In this document: piece by piece, positions 38,401 to 46,123 of the stretch
Numbering within the stretch: position 1 is the stretch's first letter
How the letters are laid out: each line of letters starts with the position of its first letter
Assembly (NCBI GenBank): GCA_001938485.1
Contig: MQRK01222846.1
Location: forward strand, 36,839 to 85,861
DNA: 49,023 nt
Reading direction: 5' to 3'
From: Girardia tigrina
Lineage: Eukaryota
The notes under the pieces: generated by a model
Database searches by the model: none
Seen by the model: the letters and a program-made list of their open reading frames with translations, nothing else
What the model was told of the DNA's origin: nothing
Made by a program: the position numbers and the translations under genes

Positions 38401-38782
38401 ACCCTTTTGTGACAGTATCCGTTCGTAAAATCAACTCTTTTTTTATATTAATCAGATCCTGTTGGGAGGATGATCCTCCTGATCCGTTCGACTGATTTTC
38501 CAAGTCCGAACTCGATGAATCGAGACTGTTGTAGATCTCCGGTTGAAGAGAGGAATAGATCTGCTTACTGTTCGTCAAATGACCGAGTGCCGGACTTGAA
38601 TTGTTAATTTCGATTTCCATTCGATCTAAACTCATACATTTCTGTCTATCGATCAAAGAAACGTTTTTGTCGGCGGTATTAATCGATCGTTTTGTGAAAA
38701 CACTTTTCGCTCGATTTAACGTTTTCGAAGTCGCGCGATTCGGATTGAGCCATTTGGAAAATCGAGATCGATTCTTTTCCAT
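3571..38782 (-). CDS. FGD: FGD/frabin-family RhoGEF-like gene (DH-PH-FYVE-PH), 8 exons, 655 aa: 38782-38387, 28923-28524, 25356-25309, 25253-25198, 21740-21597, 21548-21276, 17236-16635, 3619-3571
   Basis: All seven introns are GT-AG and the phases chain consistently (0,1,1,0,0,0,2) into a stop-free 1968-nt CDS. The domain order DH, PH, IGxxAPxW-FYVE, PH is diagnostic of the FGD family. Confidence 0.85.
3900..4403 (-). repeat. Dispersed repeat family R1, ~500 bp copy
   Basis: Colinear inverted homolog of 13840-14357 and related to 10030-10550; includes CAATTAG-AACG-ATG. Confidence 0.8.
4480..4560. mobile_element. Tc1-like terminal inverted repeat remnant
   Basis: TA followed by CAGTCGTGGCCAAAGTTTTGA, a typical Tc1 end; partner end not found. 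Confidence 0.45.
4790..6007 (-). mobile_element. Mariner transposon, cecropia/Hsmar1-like, both TIRs present, frameshifted transposase
   Basis: 30-bp TIRs (C/T)TAGGTTGGTCGAAAAATAATGGCGGTTTT flanked by TA at both ends. Fragments KKLDKWVPHDL, DRIVTCDEKWILYDNRRR, HYNARPH, HPPYSPDLSTTDF lie in different frames; ~56-bp deletion relative to the copy at 18972. Confidence 0.97.
9987..10550 (+). repeat. Dispersed repeat family R1, most complete copy (GTAAGT ... CAATTTAG then ATG)
   Basis: Close match to 26800-27050; ends in the short ORF start MSNYESFAESCPKGNSNC. Confidence 0.75.
10884..11489 (+). mobile_element. Degenerate hAT transposase fragment with BED zinc finger and 3' terminus
   Basis: WNYF...AKCKIC...STSGMRTHLKGIH (BED finger), SRMVAKDGFPFSKF, FNLSFD..ST.NRPYLNLNVH, with stops and frameshifts; ends in ATACCG subterminal repeats and ...GCCCTA. 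Confidence 0.8.
12735..13476 (+). mobile_element. Highly decayed mariner remnant
   Basis: Residual motifs YELTEAQ, IVT*DKKWIYF, KKVMQCFW, HTARTT, HSSYSLDLVSSEY, RHGIKQL; TIR-like end ...GTAACACTTTAATA. Confidence 0.7.
13840..14357 (+). repeat. Dispersed repeat family R1, ~520 bp copy
   Basis: Colinear inverted homolog of 3900-4403. Confidence 0.8.
16635..17236 (-). CDS. FGD-like exon 7: divergent FYVE finger plus most of PH2
   Basis: IGLEAPSW...CNGFNC..RF...KRRHCSGDG..YCENC...VCSECY then IKGWL...KLFCVL...YSLQSDSEEEAL; TTACAG acceptor, GTGAGT donor. Confidence 0.92.
17918..18611. mobile_element. Non-autonomous hAT (Charlie-like) element, 694 bp
   Basis: Imperfect TIRs CAGCAGTGTCCA / TGGTCACTCCTG, subterminal TGCGGCTC repeats, perfect 8-bp TSD ATCTATAA at 17910-17917 and 18612-18619. 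Confidence 0.88.
18972..20100 (-). mobile_element. Second copy of the Hsmar1-like mariner; 5' TIR lost, two N gaps
   Basis: TA + TTAGGCTGGTCGAAAAATAATGGCAG TIR; closely similar to 4790-5870; RHDNTRPH, HPPYSPDLSPTDF. Confidence 0.95.
21276..21548 (-). CDS. FGD-like exon 6 (PH1)
   Basis: FTHMIFITRK...FEC-like strand...EQDFYTWIEKLNSTI (PH C-terminal helix with Trp); TTTTAG acceptor, CAG|GTAAAC donor. Confidence 0.88.
21597..21740 (-). CDS. FGD-like exon 5 (DH-PH linker, start of PH1)
   Basis: NDFIKTQQEY...ISPSVRFVHKGLVQKVCRQSSHIRQRMIFL; 48-bp GT-AG intron to exon 6. Confidence 0.88.
22173..22404. mobile_element. piggyBac-type MITE, ~230 bp
   Basis: TTAA|CCCTTTATCTACTG ... CAGTAAATAAAGG|TTAC: imperfect TIRs, with a degenerate TTAA on the right. 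Confidence 0.6.
23315..23462. repeat. (TAT)n and (TA)n microsatellites
   Basis: ATT triplet run at ~23315-23348 and TA run at ~23413-23462. Confidence 0.95.
25198..25253 (-). CDS. FGD-like exon 4 (DH helix 6)
   Basis: (D)AIKLVQNILHNCNLQCDY; TTACAG acceptor, GTAAGA donor. Confidence 0.82.
25309..25356 (-). CDS. FGD-like exon 3 (48 nt)
   Basis: (R)YSDCLDNNLEKSRIN; CTCTCAG acceptor, GTACTG donor, 55-bp intron to exon 4; phases match both neighbours. Confidence 0.78.
25593..26700 (-). mobile_element. Decayed mariner remnant
   Basis: TA-TTAGGTCGTCAAGTATGA TIR-like end; residual IVTCVEKWI, QDNAKSH, WKFLHHPLYSPNLATTD. Confidence 0.75.
26800..27050 (+). repeat. Dispersed repeat family R1 copy
   Basis: Close match to 10030-10260. 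Confidence 0.85.
27186..27820. repeat. Foldback/MITE-like AT-rich element with internal ~93-bp tandem units
   Basis: Inverted ends ATAATTATGAGGGGTTAATT / AATTAACCCCTACAATTAT; about three degenerate units beginning TAAAAATGATATAATAAAA. Confidence 0.5.
28524..28923 (-). CDS. FGD-like exon 2 (DH domain core)
   Basis: MIERIFKNLRCMSSFHQ resembles the FGD motif IFSNISSINAFH; LNWYKIFYTSF; LPWILCSIKDSLFHFEVLL (CR3 position); TTGTAG acceptor, GTAAGA donor. Confidence 0.88.
29126..29480 (+). mobile_element. hAT (Charlie-like) left end remnant
   Basis: CAGCGACGGCGAACCTATGACACACG resembles the CAGTGATGGCGAACCTATGGCACGCG-type terminus; right end unclear. Confidence 0.45.
30340..30465 (-). mobile_element. 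Mariner C-terminal fragment
   Basis: NEFINSRTPYFYASGINISVPRW matches the mariner tail pattern EF..SR...FY..GI..L..RW. Confidence 0.6.
30470..31532 (-). mobile_element. Tc1/mariner DD41D (rosa/Visitor-type) transposon, inactive, 3'-truncated
   Basis: KRFQQAGSVEDLQRSGRP, LKPYR, *TDESLFHLSG, IMVWCG, FQHD, then 41 residues (allowing one 1-nt deletion) to the final D of SPDLTVCD, then YFPWGYLK. Several stops; 5' TIR (TA)TAGGGTGTTCCAAAAGTAATGGG. Confidence 0.88.
31670..32130 (-). repeat. Diverged R1-family copy spanning an N gap
   Basis: TGTGAGGAATATTT..GTATGTTGA..CTCCTAACCAGATGGA core, followed by the ORF start MMESSESLTVDHHKDDKNCEYNKC. Confidence 0.55.
36445..36962 (+). mobile_element. Internally deleted mellifera-subfamily (Famar1-like) mariner
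   Basis: TIRs GGCAACTAAGTAATAACCGATTT / AAATCGGCCATTATTTAGTTGCC; N-terminus MESKNEHF..YYFR..KKLRDVY..RNW joined to tail FYWRGIFKL..RWHKVIE.NG. Confidence 0.8.
37265..37790 (+). mobile_element. Degenerate hAT remnant
   Basis: CAGTAACGCAACCAGAAGGGG..GCACCCCC terminus-like sequence and LFPNISI..FLT resembling the hAT dimerisation domain. Confidence 0.45.
38387..38782 (-). CDS. FGD-like exon 1 (Ser-rich N-terminus, start of DH)
   Basis: AAAATGG start, 132 codons, GAG|GTGATT donor; IKKELILRTDTVTKGFAILE+IIY aligns with DH CR1 (ELLxTExxYVxxLxLL). Confidence 0.82.
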
Positions 38783-39708
38783 TTTGTTTTTTTTTCACAA
38801 TTTTAATTTTACAACAAGAAATAAATAATCACAGAAATTATTAAATTGTCAAAATTAACTCAATAATAAAAATTTAATTTTGTGCATTTTTTTTATTATT
38901 TGTGTATGTTTGTGTATGTGTGTGTGTGCAATAATACAAACATTTTGTCGGGTGCATTAATTAATTAAATTGTATGTTGATGTGTGCGACCGTGTGCACG
39001 AATTTCGATTGGTTTCCGGATTGACTAATTGAAAAGAATGAAATTAATTTTCTGTGTTTGTGTGTCTGGTATCATACTCTTGGTTTATATTTCCACAAGA
39101 ACATTCTTCTTTTTTCAAAGGAAAGTCAGGTTTTTTTTTCTCCTAAGTGATCCGTTTGTTTATTATTTCCACAGAAAAGTGCGTATTTAACATTTAGATC
39201 AAAATGATCGATTAGATGCTCTGATAAATGCAAGTTGAACATAAACAAATTACGTTTCAATTAGAAATTTGTTTGGGAATTTTCTCAACTTTTTCGTTTT
39301 TCTTTTGGTAATTAGTGATTTGGTTTTCCTGTCAGATGAACTGATCGTAAAGACTGTTAGAAAAAATTCAAATTTATGACAGTGATTTGTTTTTTAATAG
39401 ATTTAACCATCAACGATTATATGATAAAGTTTTCGAATTGATTACAATAGAACCAAGGTTTATTTTATTTTTTATATAATTTAATTAGATATATTTATGT
39501 CAAAAATCATTATGTGTACTCAAACTATAAATTCATTTTTAATAAATCCAGGTTAAATTCCTATTTCACGACTCTAGGACAAACACCCCCTGTTACATAA
39601 GTGCAGTGGAAGCATAACTCATAACTGCGGCGCATTAAAAATGGCAGGATGTTTTTGTTTATTTTATATTAATATTTAATATATAAACAAGGAAATATGA
39701 CATACTTA

Positions 39709-40130
39709 AAAAATATTATCACCTCGCAACCTTCCGTCTCTGCCATAAGATCGTCCATCCACAAAATAATTTGGAGACGTCCAAACGTCTCTCGTCGCTC
39801 CATCTTTGCAACGATCCTCACTATACCCACGACTGCCGAGACCAATGGATTGATTCCAATCATCAATTTACGCCTTAGCGAGGGCGGTTTCACGTTCACC
39901 GTTGATTGTTTGGTCACCATGACGTATAATTTGCAACTTTTCGGTGCTCAAAGGAACCTAGAACGTCATTCCGATTATCACAATAATAATTTGTCTTCTT
40001 TACATTGACAGTTCCAGCGAAAGTAACGAATAAAACACTGAACGCAATCAATGCGAGAATCAGTCTGAAAAAAATTCCTCCTTCTGACAGGGTAGACGCG
40101 ACTCTAGAGAAATAATGATAGAAAATCAAG
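39709..40130 (-). CDS. Putative small spliced gene fragment with a hydrophobic signal or TM segment; function unknown
   Basis: GC-richer island. Removing two short GT-AG introns (46 and 39 nt) gives GGIFFRLILALIAFSVLFVTFAGTVN|VPLSTEKLQIIRHGDQTINGERETALAKA|RGYSEDRCKDGATRDVWTSPNYFVDGRSYGRDGRLRGDNIF*. Start codon not identified, and the opposite strand is also largely open. Confidence 0.35.
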
Positions 40131-40589
40131 ACTTTTATTCCGTTTCTTGGCGATTTGACATAGTGATTTGTTCAACGTGTAGAAATATTCATTTAATCTC
40201 AACATTCCTCTCTAATAATGTCAATCAATTTTATCGAAAAAAATCAAATCTAATAATATGTTTTATTTTTTAAAGCAAGTATAACAATCTTTGCACTTTT
40301 TCTTTTTAAATCTATATTTTCTTTTTGTTAATAATAAATAAATTTTGTTAATATTAAATAAATTCAACATTATATATATATACATTATCTAATTATATAT
40401 AGATATATTTTAATTTAAAGTTTTTTTAATTCAAAGTTTTTATTTTTTAATTCACAATTGAACACCCCTTTGCATATATCCTTCCTGTCCAAAAACTTCA
40501 ATAGTTAGAAGTCCCTGAACATATACCCCTCTTATGTCAATAAATTTTCAAAATAATCCTTTTATAATATATTATTTTTAACACTGTTA

Positions 40590-41745
40590 GGTTCTTGATC
40601 GAGATTAAGACTCATTAACACCAAAATTTTATTAATAACACAATTAACAATTTTTAGTTAAAAATTCTTTTTTAATAAAAATTGTTTGTCGAGCAACTTT
40701 TCTTCGTTTTCTTTTTGACCAGATTTTTTATATAAAAATATGAAATTATAAATATAAATAAACTGAAAAGTGATTTTAAAATTGAAATTTTTCATTATAT
40801 TTATTTTGAAAATTTACATTCCACTATTTTTAAATTAAAACCAACATAATTTTGTAGTCATATTTTGACTAAATTAACCATAATGATTTTTTTATTATTT
40901 TATAATTAGTTTAATGTTATTTCTTTTTTTTGTGAAACATTTTTAATTAATAAAGATTTTAACGATTTATTTATTATCAATATTTCAGTTTAAGAGCACT
41001 TTTACCTACAATTATTTTAAATACCATACAAATTTTAAATACAATTTAAATACAAAAAAATAATTTACAATATTCAAATTTTTATTATTATTACGATACA
41101 TTAATGATAAAAGTCTTAATCTTTATTTCTATTTACGAAAACTGTTTAGAATTAAGTATTTGTTAAATCATTAATTTGCAGAATTTCAAATCGACTTTAA
41201 AATTTAAAATTATCTGTTTTTTTTTACTTTACATCTCTGGCAACAAAGTTTCTTATTTTATTTTTTAGAATAACTTTTAAAATTAGTACAACATAATTAT
41301 CCTTGTCTTTATATATTTCTTTTAAATCAATTATTTAAAAATCCATTATTTCCCAATTAATTTCATTTTAAATTTGTACTCTATAATTAAAATTTGATTA
41401 TTTTCGAAAATAACTTTTTAAAATTAATTAAGATATATATTTTTTACTTAAAATTGCTTTAAAAACTTTTGATATTAAATATTTCATTATTTTAGAAATT
41501 TTTTATGAAAATTAATTGTTTCAAAAATTTTGGTTGATATGTTGGGTTCTTGATCAAGATTATAATTCATTAACACCAAAAATTTATTTCTATCACAAAT
41601 TACAATTATTCAAACAATTTTTTGTCGAGGAACTTTTCTTTATTTTCTTTCTGACTCGATTTTTACATAAAAATATAGAATTATAAATTAATAATAAGGT
41701 ATTTTAAAATTGAAATTTTTTATTTTCTTTATTTTGAAAATTTAT
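40590..41745 (+). repeat. Pair of ~200-bp diverged direct repeats (40590-40815 and 41544-41745)
   Basis: Both copies have GGTTCTTGATC(G/A)AGATTA..TCATTAACACCAAAA..TTGTCGAG.AACTTTTCTT..TTTTAAAATTGAAATTTTT. Confidence 0.8.
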
Positions 41746-41929
41746 TTTAGAATTAGTTTAGTAAGAACACAATCGAAACCCATCAAGAATAAATATATAT
41801 TTAAATTATAACACAAATAATCAAATATTAAAACAACGACAATAATTTAATATTAAAATAACATTCAACTTCATTGGTTTCCTAAAGATTAATGACTATA
41901 TGACTATTATAACAATTATTACCATTGTA

Positions 41930-42280
41930 GAGGATTGTTGGAAAAATCGTCTTGGCACTTTGAAGACATGAATTTTGCCGATAATTCACTCAATAATAGC
42001 CAATCTTTGTCGGAAAGGTAGACTTTTGGCATTTGAAGCTACGAACCACCATACGGTGCCTTTATGTGATACAAAAAACGTTCAATCAGAGTACTTCTTT
42101 TCTCTAACTCATTCTCTTGATATGAAACAATAAATGAACAGGATCCTTATACATTCGAATGTTTATAAAAAGGATTTTCACCACTTAACGCAAACCAAAC
42201 ATATGAAATAACATATCATATTAGGAAAAATAGATTAAACCTGCAACGGGCCTTAACGCACTACACAAACAAGCGATCTC
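41930..42280 (+). mobile_element. Possible RTE-clade LINE reverse transcriptase remnant
   Basis: HFEDMNFADN resembles LEDLDFADD; NVQSEYFF resembles the NVKSVLLY region; very decayed. Confidence 0.35.
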
Positions 42281-42379
42281 AATATCAACCAAACATCAGG
42301 CCGATTAATAGATGTCATATATGTGTGAGTTTCATTTACCTACTATTGCATGCTATTTTTTTCATCATTTCACTCAATA

Positions 42380-42975
42380 ACAAGTAAAATTATAGATTTA
42401 AAACGTATCAAACTAATTTCCTGTTACTATCGCAGCAAAAAGTCTCCAATTTCTACATTGCGTCTCTATTGTTTAGATAAGCAAACCAAAACACAGTCCT
42501 GTACTTCAAACAAGTGTTTCAAGATTTATTGATCGTTTTGAGAAAACTGGTCGAGTTGTTGACCTTTTGTTAATTTTCAACACGCAGTTCAGTGTTTTTG
42601 AAAAAAAACTATCGAAAATTTTAAATGCTTTGAAAAAGAATGCTCGACCGAATACGAATACTCACAGATTTTGCACCTTCAAACAGTGAGTTAATGAGTG
42701 AATGTTTTACAGTTTATAAAATTATGAAACAAACATTAAAACTAAAACCATATCATGTCAATTGCCTCCAAGAGATCAACGATATTTATTTGGAGTCCTG
42801 TGTCATTTTTGCAAATTTGTTTTCGAAAAGCTAGAAAGAAAAGTAAAATGTCATTTTATCTGTTTTATGGACAGACGAGGCTCATTTTTAGCTTGATGGC
42901 AGTGTGTTCATTCGTAATTGTGTCATACGGTCTGATACCAATCCTCACAAAACAGCACCAACATCAATGTAAACA
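42380..42975 (+). mobile_element. Decayed Tc1/mariner (DD41D-like) transposase N-half, ending just before the Polinton terminus
   Basis: FEKTGRVVD, LKLKPYHVNCLQEI, LWTDEAHF*LDGSV..RNCVI.SDTNPH. Confidence 0.75.
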
Positions 42976-43034
42976 AATTTTTACATTAAAAACAGTAGGG
43001 GAAAAATGGGGAGTCTGCTCCAGCCCCCCCGGAG

Positions 43035-43474
43035 GGTCTTACTTAGTTACCGTGGTTACCATGGCAACGTAACCAGTTACCGCGCGGTTACCATGGCAAC
43101 GGTCTCGATCACCTCAGCAACGCTTCTGATTTACCTAAAAACACTTCTGATTGGTCAGTAACCACCTAGCAACGGTGGCGATCACCACAGCAATGGTGGG
43201 GGCGATCGCCAGCGTTCACCACAGCAACGATAGGGGCGATCGCCGGCGTTCGCCACAGCAACGGTGTCGATCACCACAGCAAAGGTCACGGTTACTATAG
43301 CTTAGACAGCAACCGTTCTGGTTCACTTGGTGATGGTAACCAAGGTCATAGTTACCATAGCAACGGTAACCAAGAGACGTTTTTCATTAGCAAAGGATAC
43401 AGTGATCCAAGGTGGTTGTAACCATGATAACGGTTCCCGTATCTATAGCAACCGTGACCCCGTAACTAAGGACC
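43035..43474. promoter_or_regulatory. Array of RFX X-box motifs in the putative Polinton terminal repeat
   Basis: GTTACCATGGCAAC (43055, 43087), GTTACCATAGCAAC (43351), GTAACCATGATAAC (43418), GTATCTATAGCAAC (43439), many RGCAAC half-sites, and CTGATTGG (inverted CCAAT) at ~43147. Confidence 0.65.
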
Positions 43475-43486
43475 GTAGAAAAAGGG

Positions 43487-43950
43487 CTAATCGATCACTT
43501 CACAGTGCCCAAATGTGCTAATCGATATTTTAAAAGTGCTAATCGATAGTGCACATTTTGCCACACATTTCTAATGTGCTAGCACAGTGCTTTTTAAGTT
43601 GCACATGTGCAAAAGTGCAAAAATCAATACATAAAATTTTTTAAAAGTACTAGGGTCAAAAATCGATATCATATATTTGATGCACATTTTGATTATCTAT
43701 TTTAATGTGCAAATCAAATTTTCATATATTGATTACTTTTCTCTATAATAAGCATAATGTGTAAATTTACACAAAGTGTACATTGATTTTAAAGGTAAAA
43801 GGAAGCAGAATATCAAAAAAGTGCTGATGTACTAGAATAGTAATCTACATATGTGCATTCAGATTCCATGTCAAAATTTTCAAAAAGTGCTGATAAATCA
43901 ATTTTTTCGAACATTTTTGAAATTCTCAAAAAAAGTGCTCAAAAAGTGAT
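43487..43950 (+). repeat. Degenerate AAAGTGCT / TGTGCA / AATCGAT motif array in the Polinton subterminal region
   Basis: More than ten AGTGC/TGTGC-type words and four AATCGAT within ~460 bp. Confidence 0.7.
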
Positions 43951-44776
43951 TTTTTCGTATATATCTGAAACCCCTATGATATATGTATGTTGTTTACCAT
44001 CAAACAATACTTCATGAATCTCCTAATGTACACAAGTATATTCACAAGTACCATGGTTACCGTAACCAAAATACATAACATTTTATTTTACATGTAAAAA
44101 CATTAAAACATGTAAAAACATTAAATTAATAAACATTGTAAAAAAATAAAGTTTGCGAATAATGACTGGAGCGGAGAATTGCCAATTTGACCGAACATTT
44201 ATTTTTGCCAGTCTCAGTATATAAATAAAAATATATAATTAAATTAATAAATTAAAAGAATTAAATAAATTAATTAGATTAAATTAAAGAAAATAAATTA
44301 ATTACATGATTAAATATAAAAATAATAAATTAAATAATAAAAGCACCAGTGAATGATTCAAGTATTCATATTTGATTGTAATTTTGAACTGTCGAAACCG
44401 ATATAATTGAACAAATGGTGAGCCTCATTTTTTTATGTTCTGCCTCAGTGTATGTTTGTGTATGTATGTGTGTTGGTGTGAATGTCTGATATGTAAAAAA
44501 ATGAATTTTAATTGGTAAAATGTATGTATGTGTGTTAAAGTGTGTGTGTTAATTTTAATTGTGATTTGCTATCACAATTTTTTAAAAACGGTTACAAAAA
44601 AATCCAATGTCTTTGTGTGAAAATTCAAAAAAAAATGTTGATAGAAATAAATAGATCGAATTGATTCTGTTTCATTAATAAAAATTTGGATTAAAAAAGT
44701 GTCGTAAAAAATAAAGTGGTAACTGTTCATTCTTGCTTTATTAAAATTTGAAAAAATTTCAAACTTGAATAATAAA

Positions 44777-44989
44777 ATGGCATCCATTGTCAATGACAAT
44801 GATTTTGAAAACAATACTGAGAATATAAAAGATTCTGATGACACAAATAATTCTATAAATATCGATACGTTACTCTGTTCTGAAGATTCTGAGAATACAA
44901 AAGATTCTAGTGTCCAAAATAATTCCGTAAAAATCAATTTAACAATTTTCAGCGATACTAAGGCTGTATGTGTTAGTGAAGACTTGTGA
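44777..44989 (+). CDS. Acidic 70-aa ORF with LxCxE motif; candidate E1A/E7-like ('oncoid') early gene, possibly the first exon or fragment of a longer gene extending to ~45600
   Basis: AAAATGG start; IDTLLCSEDSE (LxCxE at 44870-44884) in an Asp/Glu/Ser/Asn-rich context; first ORF inward from the terminus; AATAAA at 45610. Confidence 0.5.
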   Translation: MASIVNDNDFENNTENIKDSDDTNNSINIDTLLCSEDSENTKDSSVQNNSVKINLTIFSDTKAVCVSEDL

Positions 44990-45639
44990 ATTTAAATTGC
45001 GTAAACGAGATGGGATTCCGCTCATTGTTTTGTTCAATAAAATGAAAAGCACCTTTCAACCGACATGCTCAATGAGAAATAATTCTTCTCTTACTAAAAT
45101 ATCGTGGAGACACGGCTTCCTGTCCAATGACTTTGAATTTTAATCACGAACCCAATAAGGCAGACAAGAAGAAAGAAAGAAAGGGTCTATTAACATCTCA
45201 AATCACTCCTTTTTTCGAACACATGTTTGTGACGAAGTGCCCGAGCCTTTTCAAATCCCTCAAATATATGTCCACATTCTCAACAATCTGGATTCGGTGC
45301 TTTTGAATCTCTTCAAATTTCAGAATATGTTGAGGGAAAATGTGACTATCAGTGCCGCTTAAGCTTCTTGTAATTTTTCTTCATTTCCTGACTCAGTCCA
45401 TCATAAATGGCGATCACAACGCCACTGAGAAACAGAGGTACAGATTTTTGCGAAATATATCAGTCCAATCTTTGCAATTTTGTCACCATATCAATCTTCT
45501 ACACCCATTCCCCGAAAAAACCATCGCCACAAAATTGTGGAATAATATTTGTTACTCGGGTAAATGTAATACTGCAGTGATAGCTTGTGGTAAATAATTG
45601 AGATCAAGAAATAAACGAGTTCACATGGGTAAAAATTTA

Positions 45640-46121
45640 TTTGAATTTACATCACTTCTACCAAACAGTTAATTAAAACAATGAATATATCATCAGATTT
45701 TATACAGGGTGAATAAATCGCAATGATAAATCTTCTAAGACTACAGTATTTATTTACAGTTTTGGTAGAGGTAAAATGGAAAATATCCTTGATGACTTCC
45801 TCGAAACATTGAAAGTCTTCTCGTGAATGAAAAGTTTCTTAATTTGGTGTTGTTTGTAACTTTTTTTCAGAGCAAAATATCCATTCTTGACCTACTAACT
45901 TTATTGTTTTGTTCGTTTTTTGCCAGAAATAAATATCTTTCATATATTCTAATAATTTATTGTACCCCAGATGACAAAAATTGCTAATTCCTCATCACTA
46001 ATAATATTATCATTCAAAGCTTACTGGTGAAACATAAATAATTCATCATTTGTCTTCTCTAATTCTTTCAAGTAATTTTTATACTTTTTTATTTTCTTAT
46101 CGGTGATAAAATTGAATCCAT
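45640..46121 (-). pseudogene. Degraded Polinton accessory ORF(s)
   Basis: ATG 2 nt after the protease stop; KNYLKELEKTNDELFMFHQ*ALNDNIISDEE with stops; minus-strand AATAAA at 45641-45636. Confidence 0.4.
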
Positions 46122-46123
46122 TA

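Noticed and set aside
43035-43474. CRISPR array
   Set aside because: Units are short, degenerate and irregularly spaced, with no unique spacers or cas genes, in a eukaryotic context.
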